Assembly (NCBI GenBank): GCA_021613535.1
Contig: CP075495.1
Location: 6,324,001-6,388,000, forward strand
Length of the DNA: 64,000 bases
Direction of reading: 5' to 3'
Source of the DNA: Adineta vaga
Lineage: Eukaryota > Animalia > Rotifera
The notes under the pieces are model-generated. The model had not been told where the DNA came from. It saw nothing but the letters and a program-made list of their open reading frames with translations, and did not search any database. Below, piece after piece: positions 1 to 12,443 of this stretch. The translations under genes and the position numbers were made by a program. Position 1 is the first letter of the stretch, and the number at the start of each line of letters is the position of its first letter.

Positions 1-1461
1 GTAAGAAAAGATAATGTTAATGTTGAACTTTTACTAACGCCTAAAAACCGATTACGTCGTGTACACATAGTTCCATTACAACAACCAACCGTATTTGTTG
101 GTGTACAAGCAAAACCAAATTGACTAATACATGTATTTGTACATTGCTCAGCAGTACCACATACTGATGTTGTATAATGGATACTTGAGCCGCATTGACA
201 TCGACATGTTGGAATATAACCTGTACAATCACTTCCACAACAACCTTGAGTATTAACTACATTACATTGAGCAACAGATTGTAAACATGCTTGAACACAT
301 TGTTGTGGTGAACCGCAAGATATTGCTAACGTTGTATATTGATGGTTACCACACATACAAGAACAAGAAGGAAATGAATTAAGACAATCCACACCAAGCA
401 AGCTTGAGTATTATCTTGTGTACAAGCACCATATGAATTTAAACAAGTTTCTAAACATGTTCGACCACTTTGACAAGGAACTGATGTTGTTGTTGTAAAA
501 TCTGCACCACATCTACATGAACATGTTGGAACAAAAGATGAGCATGATGCACCACAACAACCTTGTGTTTGACCAGCTGTACAATCACCATACGTCTATA
601 GACAAATACAAATTTCAATCAGAGATGATTTTTAAATATACGTTTTATGAGATTTACTTACTGTCATACATGTACTAATACATCCTTCTGGACTAGTACA
701 TTTTGGTGATGGATAGTAACTATTTCCTAGACATGTACAGGCACATGCATTTGAAATTGCTTGTGAATAAGATTGACAATCTTGTCCACAACAAGCTTGC
801 GTAGTTGTTGCTGTACATGCTTGAGGAAAATTGCTTAAACATCGTGTTAAACATGATTGTGATGATACACATGTATCGATTGGATTTACAAATTGTTGAC
901 CTGCACAATTGCATGTACAAACTCGAGTTTCTAATGATTGTGTTTGAAAATATTGACACGATGTTCCACAACAACCGTATGTATTCACAATTGTACATTG
1001 CCCCGGATACATTTGTAAACAGTATGCTACACATGTTTGTGCTGTGAGACATGTTGTTGGCGGTCCAAAAGACATGTCTCCACATGAACAAGTGCATGAA
1101 CTTGCTCGACCAGTATTGATATTATTTTGAAATAATTGAACATTAGGCATATTGCCACCCATATAATCAGGATTAAATGCATAATACGGATCAACAAGAT
1201 TACTACCAAGTGTCTGTCGTTGTTGAGCACGTTGTTTTGGATTGATATCACTGTTTTGTGATGATGCTTCTTTTCCCTCTGTAAAATAGAGAAGAGTTTT
1301 TTTTTGTTTTTACGTGCTTCGCAGTCATATTTTGTATTTACATATGATTTCAATAATCATGTGAAATACATAAATCTATATGTAATTTAATCATTACCTG
1401 TTAAACAAGTGACAACAAATACAATAGTGTAATGATAAGACATAAGCTCATTGTTGATCAT
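1..1461 (-). CDS. Secreted/surface cysteine-rich protein with six tandem 10-Cys repeats; 3 exons visible, 3' end runs off the window, apparent 1-nt frameshift at ~396
   Basis: Exon 1 from 1461 (MINNELMSYHYTIVFVVTCLT) splices in frame to an exon at ~1278-662. A GT-AG intron spans 661-596, and exon 3 (595 to <1) continues the CxCxC...CC-x3-C repeats, ending in hydrophobic ...SSTLTLSFL. Confidence 0.8.
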
Positions 1462-1688
1462 TGATCAGAGACATTATCGATTTCAAAATGTAAATACTGT
1501 CCTTGTATGAAACACGATCACGAATTGTATAGTTTATTATGCTCGGTCTTATTCTTATACTGGCTCTCTTTCGTTCTTTCACTCTCCTCTACGACTTGTG
1601 CAAGGTAGTCAAATAGAAAAATACAGTGAATCTAATCATAATTTTCATCATTTCAATCCAATGTCTCGTTACTTTTGTCACACATATC

Positions 1689-1712
1689 GAGAGAGAGAGA
1701 GAGAGAGAGAGA
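1689..1712. repeat. (GA)n microsatellite
   Basis: Direct GA dinucleotide run. Confidence 0.9.
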
Positions 1713-2272
1713 AGGCGACCAACCAACTGAATAAAACTTATTTCGCTTAGAGAGTTTTAGTAAAAATGTACAACACTAGAGTCAGGGAGAACGCAAGAGA
1801 GAAAAAGAAACGAGTGGACATTATAAGGTAAAAAATTAACATTGAACATACAGTTACTATTTCATATGTATTGATTATATATGTATAGATTTGAACAGTG
1901 AACATACAGACGTCGCATAGGACACGAGAATTATTTGTGGTGTGACACATAAAATGTCTAAGAACAGTCTACTATTCACTGGTGACCGCAAAGAAAAGAG
2001 GAAGAATGAGATGAAATAAATCAATAGACTACTGTACACAATTGCAAATGTAACAAACTGGTTGTCTATATATTAAATTGAATCATCTATAATCAGTTCT
2101 GCACTGATTCCATGAAATACATATTACTGAAGATATCTAGCAGATGGTGTCCATCTTTTTCTTTTCTAGAATTATAATAAAATCTACATACAATTTTTAC
2201 TTCATTTGAAATTTATACCATACAATATTTATTTCGATGTTCATCAGATCTTTTCTAATAAACAAAAATCTT

Positions 2273-5200
2273 TTATTGTTTATCAATTAGATTAGTCAGA
2301 TTATATTGTTTTAACCACGTTAACAAAAATGTCTGATTATTAGTTCCATTCATTGATAAACGTAGACTAGCAATTTGTAATGTTGGAAGAAGAAAATCGA
2401 ATTTATCATCGATATAAAACCGTATTTTATCAATCCATTCAATTAATTGTCTTGTAAATGTTTTCATAATTTTATACTCGAATGGTGATTCTAACCATAA
2501 AGATAATAATTGGCGTATACGATCGTTAATAAAACGAACACCTGTTTGAAAATCACTTGAAGAAAAGAATGTTATAGAATCTGATAGTACAGGCACGATT
2601 TTCATTAGAAAATCCATATCATATAGATATCGAATAATTTTTGCTAAGAAAAATTGTTTTGTTTCTAAATAAAAATCTTTTATAAATTTATAGATTTCAA
2701 GAATAACTTCATTGCTGAGATAGGAGAGAATAGCACTCATTGAACGTGGATAATGTGTAAAATGATTGAACATTGTTAATGTTTTATTTACGTGATGAAC
2801 AATTTCATACACGAATGTATCGATAAATAATGTTGTTAGTTGAGCCATATCAAAATGTAATAGATTTCGGTGATTTGTAAAACACGTAAGACTAGTATGA
2901 AAGATAGAAAAGATGTTAGTTTGTTTATTTTTGAGAAATAAAAGAATTTACTTATTCATATATTCTTGAAGAATTTGTTCTGTTCCGAAACCTATTTGAC
3001 TGAAAATTTCGAGAAAAACTTTTGTTGTTTTATCAATTTTTTGTAAAAGTAATTTAAAATCATTATCTAAATCAAGATGATCGATGAATTGTTTACCGAA
3101 TTGCCCTTGTTCATCGATAAAATCAGTTTTCATTGAGAGGAAAAATTTTTGACAATCTTGGAAAAATTCCAATGCAAGTTGATTTTCAAATAGAAATTGC
3201 TTAACACGTTTGAACCAAGTTTTTTGTTGAGTAATTTGCGACATTGAAAATGATTTCTAAATCAAAAAAACGAAATCATGATTTTTCTCGCAGAAGAATT
3301 CTTGAATTTACACGTTGATAATCTGTTCTACTAAAAATTGTAATTGAGGCAACTGAGGAATTTCGATCAATCCATCGAGCAAGAATGGATGCTAAGATTT
3401 GTTGATGAAATCGTTTCTGTATAACTAATTGATTTGTTGTTAAATTAAATAGATATTCTTTGGATCGTAATCGTAAAGTTGTTGGATCAAGACGTCCATC
3501 GAAATATTCTTCGTTATCAATGAATATAGCCGAATGTAATAAACCCGTTTCAGGATAAGATTTCGGTAGAGTTAAATTAAGATTAATTTGATTAGCAAGA
3601 ATTAAAAGTAAATGTAATTGTGATTCACTAGTATTTGCATAGAGATGAAGCAATGTTTTGTCATGAAGATAACTATTTGATTTCAAACGAATCAATAATT
3701 TTCGTCGAGAATAATGATCCAATGTAAAACTTAGATTAGTTTGAGAAACTTCATGAACGAGTTTAATAGATATGAATTGATGAGTTAATATTCGTTGATC
3801 AATTTTAAGTTGTAATAGAATAGGTTTCGGTGTCTTTTCTATTGAAGAATAGATCGTATGGATTTTAATAATGTAATTCATATCTTTCAATTGTCCATTG
3901 ATATCCTTGAAATAGGTATTGATACCGCACCATTTGGATCGTGAATATTCATTTTTCCTTGTAATGTTTTTTCTTTCGTATCAATATTTATGTTCCATTT
4001 TATAAAGAGTCTTTCAGATTTTTCATATCCATAGATTAATTTCCAACGTTCATTCATAATGATCTTTTCTTGATGATCAATATCTTCAATCGTAAATGCT
4101 AAATTTCCCGATAGAATCAATTGTTTATGAAAAGTTTGATAACCCACACGAAATGATCGACCACGAACAAGATTAAACGATGACATTTGTAAAGGTAAAA
4201 ATTCAAGAATAATCTTTACATAACGATTTTCATCCGTATTGGGATAATAGATCATATTGATATCATAAATTGGTGTTTGAATATTTTGATTTTCTTTGAA
4301 AAATCTGCCAGATTTATAATAATTAATTGTGAAATTTTCTTTCGTTTGTAAATTATATAAATGTAGATAGTGTGTTGTATCAGATGAAAGATTGGAAACT
4401 ATTATACCAAATTGATGTGTAAGATATTGAATTGTATTTTCATTAATGGAGAAAACATTATTTTTATCATCAAGTTGATGTTGAAAAGTGAAATCTTGTA
4501 AACTACCATTGAGAATAAATTCATGATTATGATTATAGAGATAAAAACGATGATTATCAAGTAAGAGAATCCAACTTTGATTGATAAATTGATTGAGTTG
4601 AAATGAGACATGAAATGTTGTTTGATTGATAGATTTCGAAGAAAAAAATAGATTAAGATTCGAAGAATTATGAAAGAATTTGAAAGCAATTAGAGATAGT
4701 AAACCTGCATACTGAAATACGAAATGAAAACGTGGTTCAGAGAGAATTTCTACAGCTAATTGCGGGTTGACTGTTGAAATGAATTGAACATATCTACCCG
4801 TTGAGATATAGAATGAAGAATTGAAATTTAATTTTGATGAAAAATACCAATCATTATTTGGAAATAATAATGAACCATTGAATGGATCATTTCGAAAATA
4901 TCCTGAAAGATTCCAATATGTCTCATTAAAATTCGGATTTACAATCATTCTATAATGATTATTGATGACTTGTAGATGAAATAAAATTGTTCGATTATGG
5001 TAATATCGTAATTTGAATTCATAACGATCATCAGCATCTTCTGTTTGTGGTAATCGACGAATGATTAATTGACGTTTAGAATTATTATATATTGAAGAAT
5101 ATTTAAAAGTTGTTGTATGAATATGAAATATATAGTTTGTACGAAGATCAATTTCAAATTTATTAAGAGGAATTAACATTCGTCCATGACCTGTATAATT

Positions 5201-8200
5201 CCAAGATAGATACGAACCTGTTGACCATTCAAACATCATTGTAGAAAGATCATCATTTAAAGTATAATATTGAGCAACAAATAATCGAGGACGAATTTGA
5301 AGAGTTAAATAAGGATTACACTAGAAAGAAAGATCGTGAGAGTGTAACCAAAGGATTCATTGAAACAGATCTACATCTTACCTGTATAATTTCACTATCA
5401 TTTTTAAATTGTTCTGTTGTTCGTTGAAATAAAAATCCGATTTTTTCCTGATGTCTCTCAATAATTGATTTAATAAAAGTTGGCGTAATAATTGTCATTG
5501 ATTTCATCTGTAATGTATTTAAATGAAGAAGATTTCCTGTAGTATTCCAATAGCCATTAATTTCATGTTTATCTTGATTTTTGAGAAATAAACCTTGAAT
5601 AAAATGAGTGGAATGATTGTAAGTTAAATTTAAATCATAATGTGAATTGATAAGATAAAGATCAAAAATTAAATTCGATTGTATTGTAGTATACTGATAT
5701 TCATGATGAAGTCGAATTAATTCACGACGATTTCCTAACATCATTCGATAATCAATAGTCCATTTTCCCCACCAAAGATAATCATTAGTTATATTTAAAT
5801 TCCATTGAATTGGATCAAATGAAAATAAGATTAAACGAGAATCTAATGTCCAAAAACGAAATGAAGCTAAATTCCAGTTATAATGATAATCAAACCAACG
5901 TCGTCGTCGAAGAACATTCAATTGAAATGAACCGGAAAAATGAAAGAATTCTTTTTGAACATATCGATTCCATATGAACGAGAAAAATTCTCGTTTAAAT
6001 AAAGGTATATGACATAAGATCTTTCCCGTATGATTTTTCAAGGAAATATCAAGAATAAAATCATTGAGAAATTTAGAAACAAATTTTGAAAAAGCAATTT
6101 CAATTCGTATCAATGTTTGATTATCTGTATAATAATTCATTGGTAAAATTTGTGTTTGATTCGTTTTTAAATGAATTCGTTTGAATGAAAATGAAGAATT
6201 TGATGGTGAGGATATTAATTCATATCGAATGCTTTTATTGATTATTAATGACATCATCCAATTTCGATCGAGTTCAAAAAGTAAGAGATAAGGTTTTCCG
6301 AGAATATTTTGTTCAAAATGAATATGAATACGAGTTGGAAAATCATTGATAATGATTAATTGCAGACCTGAGATCGTTGAAATATGATAATTCAATGATG
6401 TTCGAGTCAAATTTGTCCATTCGAAGATTTGCATGAAGAATTGTGAATCTTTTTCATACGAGAATAAGAATGGTTTAGTAACGAATATCGATGGTAAATG
6501 AAGAGATCCATTCCAGTGTTGAAGAATAGTTGAATTTTCCATATATTGACTGAATGAATGAAAAGAGAATAGTGAATAATCGCTCATTTTTAAAGATTGT
6601 TGAATAAATGTTTGAAATAAATAATTCGATTGAAATGTCAAATTATGAATTGAATGAAATGAATACTCATGACGAAAATGAGATGTTAAATTGAAAAGAA
6701 GATGATTTGGAAAAGAAAGAAATTCGATTTGAAGATTAGAATTTTTCTTTGTTCTTTCAATAATAGGTAAGTTAATGGAAAAATTTGTATAATCAGTTGA
6801 TAATTGTCCTTTACCTTCATAATGATATCCAGGTATTTCGAAAATCAATGTAATGAAATTAGATTGATTAAGATGAAGAAAAGTTTGTAGAAGTTTTTGA
6901 TTTGAATAGAATATTTTCAATTCGAATGTTCGATATTTGATATAGGAATCAAAGGAATATCGATTGAAATGAAAATGAATCTGTTTGAAATGTCTCGAAT
7001 GAAAGGAGATATTCCAAAGAGACCAACCATTCATCAATGAAGACGATTGAAAATTGATATTCGATAAATTATTGTAATGAATCTAAAAGAACAGAAGATC
7101 GTTCTTGTCGAAAATCTTCTTAAAGATTTACCTGTGTATTATGATTAAATTCAAGTAAAGATGTATGAAGAATAAACAAATGATGTAAATAAGCTTTCCT
7201 TTTGATAAACATCCATTGAAGTTTACCATTGTCATTTCTGACTACTGATAAATTGAAAGATGATTGATAAAAATTATAATGTAAGTTCAATAAAATATCT
7301 TGTTTAAAGAAGAAAAATACTCGTTCAAGTTTCAATTGTATTTGCGCATGTCGCCAATCAGATAAACTATCAAGTTTTAGTATGAATCGTCCGCCTAAGA
7401 ATTTCGATGCATTAATACTAAGATTTCCATTATAAAAAATAAATACATTTCCAATATGTTTCGGATGAACATTCGTAATATTAATTGAAAGATTTTTCGT
7501 CGAATTATATCGATAATCACCAGAACCATATGCAACCGATTGATTATTATAAAATGTAGTGAATGAAATTATATTCAAATCATTCCATTCAATCACTGAT
7601 GAGTAATTCGTTGTTGGTGTAGAAAGTTCCAGATAATAAGGCATCGATGGATGTTTATGAAATTTTCGTTGAAGCCGATAAGATCGATAGATCTGTTGAT
7701 GTTGTTGAATATGAAAATGAATATAATGAAATGAAGATGTCAGATTATAGACAAGAGATGGATCATCAGATAGTAAACGTATCTATGAATATTTGAAAAT
7801 AGGAAAAATAAAGATAAGAGATATTCTTACTGCAATAGAGGATGGCCATAAACGATTGAAAATGATTGATAAGCAAATCTTTGAATTAAAATGTGGAATT
7901 ATATAACAAAAGTCTTTCATTGACGGTAACGGAGCAGTTTTCTAGAATTGGTTTGTTACTAACTAGTGGGATTATAGATTGTCTAAAGAAAACAAAAGTA
8001 CTCGCTTATGCGATGAGAAGAATTTTATAATCAAACTCTATTTTGAAAAGAATATTTTCTTTTTGAATTGCACGCCAGATAAAGGATGTCGAATTTTCAT
8101 CTTGATAACGATGAATTTTAAAATTTGATTCAAGATTAAAACGTATTTCATAACCAGTCATAATATGATCTAATTCATGTTGAATTTTAAGAACAAAACC

Positions 8201-10138
8201 AGCATTGGATCTAGAAGACAGCTGATTAAAAGTTTTTTTCTGACAAGATTTTACCAACGATAATACTTTCTAAAGAAATTCTTCAATTGATCAAAATAAC
8301 CAAGAAACCAATTGAGATTGAAATCAGTTATTAAATTAATCTTCAATCTGAATCCATCCAATGTTTCAATTTCATATAATCGATCATTATTTAACCAGTT
8401 GAAAAGATCATCAATATTCGAAAAACGAATCATTGATTTTCTTCCAAAAACTAACAAAATCTCATCATCCTAATGAATAAACGAGAAAATAGATAGAAAA
8501 ATGAATGGATAATACATGTTAACAATATCCTACAAGATAAAGATCGATTTCTGTTTGATTTGCTAATTCGAATTGAATGATATTTGGAAAAATTGATGAA
8601 AGATTTTCATGAAAGATAACATGAATCTTCCCAAATGGAAATAGATAAGAACCAGATTGAGAAGACCAGAGAGAACTTTGTTTAAACAAAGATTTGATAT
8701 AGAAACGAAGTTGATTGGATTGAACTTTTTCGATTAGATTCTTCATTTCGAAAGAATTTAGAGATAAATGAATCATTTGAAAAGCAATGATACGTAGATC
8801 GGATGATTCTTGTTCATCATTTAATAAATTGTGAAAATGATTATGAAATTGAATTGGTTGATTAAGAATTCGAAATGAAACAATACGATCTTTTATACTA
8901 TTATTTCGATTTAATGCATATTGTATTGTGAGATTATCATTCGAAATAAGTGTTAATATTCGAAGAGTAAGATAATTCAATCTTTGATGAGAAATATTCT
9001 TTAAATATTTTCTTAAACTTTCTTTCGTTGAATCAGTCAGTTGTCTTTCAATCATATCCAAATGATTAGCAATGATTGTTTGATCATGATGAAAATGTTT
9101 TAGAATATATTCAGTCGATGGATAACGAATGGTATTGATTATATTTTGATTAATCAAATTCCTGAAAATAACATAAAAGAAGATAAATAGAAAATTTTCA
9201 GATAGAAGTTTTTTACCGTTCACAATTTGAATATTGATCAACATTTCCCAAGAGAATCTGATAGAAATCATTGTCATCTAATTCATTATTCATTATAGTT
9301 ATTAATTGAGAATAAGAATCCATTTCCTGATCTGTACAAAGATCTTTCAATAATTGATCAAAATAAGTTTTAGTTTTAGTTTTCAATTGTATGGAGAATG
9401 TTTTCTTCTCTTTCAAAGATAATGTTTGATGATCGATATGACTATGAAAATGAATTTGTCTTTCAATCGTTAGTAGACTCGCTGTTTTCGATAGACAGTT
9501 ACTGGTTTCTAGTTTATTTTCATTCCTATTGATTATTGTTTCACATGTTGTTGTAGTTGGAGAAAATAATTTATTTAAAAGATAATTCTAAACAAAGAAT
9601 AATAAAGATTAATCATCATTTGTTAACGATAGATTTACAGCAAAAATTGAATTGCCCATAAATCGTCCATGATTTGTCTGAATAGTTTTTATTCGACGAT
9701 ATTCTTTTGTAAGATTACTATAATCTTCTAAGAAAATCACTTCATCTGTCGTATTTTGCAATACATTCTTGAAGAGAAATGATTCAAAGCCTTTTCCTTC
9801 ACGTAAAATTCTTTACTCACAAATGTTCGATGAAATATTTGTAAAATAGCATGTTCAAGCTGCTTCGTATCTGTTTGAATACTTGCATTTTCATATGGAT
9901 GAACAGTTAAATTATGTAACTAAATACAAGACTCAGTTTTCGAAAACGAAATTTTATCTATCAATACTTCAATAAATGATTGATTACAAGGCGATTTTGA
10001 TTGATAATAAATCACATCAGCAACGATATTCAAGACAGTATGATCAATGATGGTTGTAGGTATATATTGAAAAGTTGCTTTGGAGATATACTCATATTTT
10101 AATGTTAAGAAAGTACCTAGATAAAAGTGAAACTTCAT
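2273..10138 (-). CDS. Very large multi-exon protein (>2000 aa), divergent large lipid transfer protein (vitellogenin/apolipophorin-like); 5' end uncertain
   Basis: A chain of co-oriented ORFs (9920-10138, 9213-9590, 8519-9160, 8006-8457, 7120-7780, 5316-7080, 3887-5300, 3276-3890, 2948-3260, 2273-2890) is separated by ~50-60 nt GT-AG gaps. Motifs KYEYISKA, DRIVSFRIL...LLNDEQESSDLRIIAFQMI...NQLRFYIKSL resemble the Vitellogenin_N/LPD_N helical domain. A long amphipathic beta-like region and a helical C-terminus follow. Confidence 0.6.
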
Positions 10139-10591
10139 GTATGATAGTTTGAATATCGACTCACATGATCTATCAATTGAACTAGCAAAAATGATTTCGA
10201 CTATGAATAGATAATGATAATAAAAATGAGTATAGAATTTTCTTATTCAAATATTTCTACAAACCTTGTACTTTAAAGAACAGTAGAAGAAATATATAAG
10301 TGAATATTTGCATCTTTCTTTCGTAGACTTAAAGTGCGCATCACAAGTGAATAAATGATAGAATGTTCTATCTCGTTTTATCTCAAATTCTGTCATGTTT
10401 CTTGAATTGTAATTAATCGATATGTTAGAAAGAACGAAGTTACGTGGTGTATATACATAATTTAACTTATACATGTATTTATTGTGTATACAGAGGAGAA
10501 AGAGTAAAAGAGAGAACAAGAGAAAAGAACTTATAAACGTATGTTCACACATTCAGAAAAGAACTTTTTCTTTAGAAGAAAATAAATAAAA

Positions 10592-12443
10592 TTAAACGCC
10601 TGTTTTGGAAGGAATACGTGTGAAATTTCCTTCCTGTGGAAGTTTGTCAATTTTTAACCAATGTGAACGAATATTCTGTGAACAACATTTTCGCCAACAT
10701 GATTTAAATAATGTAATAATTTCATGACGAAAACGATTGCCACATAATGAATAGAGAAAGAAATTTAAACAAAATGACATAAAATAAAAATGCCTTAGAA
10801 TTCCAAGTGATCTTGTACAATCTTCTTTCGCTACAATTGAATAAAGTAAAACAGCATTATAAGGAGTATTAAAGAGAAGAAATGTTGTTGAACAAATAAC
10901 AAGCATTTTAGTTGTTCGTTGAGAAATGGCTTGTCGATTGCTATTGGAATTCGTTGCTGATACAGGAGATAATTCATTTGGAATATGAGAATTCGATATA
11001 CGATTAACATATTCATTACCTGTACCCGTAGATTCTATACATGAAGATGATATTTTACGATTTGTCGTTGATGATGATGTTCCATTGGATATTTGAAGTG
11101 GATCTTTTAATGGAATAAAATTATTATCATTCGAAAACGATTCGTGTAATCGTTGTCGTTCATGATATAGATCTGTTTTTGATAAACGAAGTGGAGATGA
11201 TGTTCGTTGATTACGAGAGCCTGGTGCAGTTGTTAATGAACCTCCTGAAAAGACATGCAAAAAGACATTCATACTTTTAAAGAAAAACAATTCTGAGTAC
11301 TTAACTTCATCAGTTAATGACAACTAAACTTATTTTTCTTTTATCTATTTATAGATTATCTAGTGATTTCATGTATCTCAATCTCATATCACGAACTTTG
11401 TAATCATATTCATTTTATAATCAAAATGATCTCAATGACGCACCTTGATTCTCATTATCAAAATGAATACTTTTTCTCTCTATGTCTATATGTGTGAGAT
11501 ATTTTCTCATATTACACTACAATAGATATTCTTTCCCTAGTAAGAATATTTTCAACTAAGATTTCAAAGTTTTACATGTTATTTTTTTAGAACTAACAGA
11601 CGACAAAGCTGTTATCTACTTTCTTCCATTTCTTGTTGTCATTCAAAACTTGAAATGACGAAAATAAATCAAAGAATCATCTGACATACCGAAAATATTT
11701 GAGAATCTTTTCCTATTTCGTAGTTTATAAACAATGGCACAATTAAAGAGTAGAATAAATATAAATGGTAGAACAAATGTAAAACATGTATCAAAAATTA
11801 ATAATGGATATAAAGCTGCATGTGTTTCATCTTCTCGACATTCTCCTCTTGCAATATTTGTAAGAAAGAAGCTAAATGAATAAAAACCACAAGCAAATAA
11901 TGTTAATACTAAGATATTTATTGTTGATGAACGACTTGATATAATTGTATTGGCGTGTAAAGGAAATAGAACAGCAACAAAACGTTGTAATGTAAATGAT
12001 AATGTGAAATTCGCCGATAAAAACGAACACACATGTGTTATATAAACTGTTGCTTGACAGAATAACATCGAACGATGAAGACCAATGGCTTGATCTGTTA
12101 ATGTATCAAGAATGGATAAAAATATAATTAGTAAAAAAAGAAGATCAACACCAGCTAAAGCTGATAATAACATTGACGAACGCCATTTACGCATTGATTG
12201 TCGATTAAGTACTATAATAGTACATGTATTACCAATTAAACCAATCACAGAAACAATCAATGTTATTTGTATTGTTAAATTTTCGAAAAAGTTCAAACGT
12301 TTAGAACTTGCCGTTGCTGTTTCGCCATCATATGTTGATAATTGTCCCGAATTTGTACTATTAGTATAATATGATGATAATAATGATGTCGAAGAACTGA
12401 CAGAAATAAATAGGGCAGAATCCGTACGATTGGTAAGTGCCAT
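10592..12443 (-). CDS. Class A (rhodopsin-like) peptide GPCR, 2 coding exons
   Basis: N-glycosylated N-terminus; TM1 GLIGN, TM2 LAGVD, TM3 FTLQRFVAV, TM5 FVLPFIFILLFN in exon 1 (12443-~11690). TM6 TTKMLVICSTTFLLFNTP and TM7 NFFLYSLCGNRFR in exon 2 (11244-10592). Confidence 0.92.
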
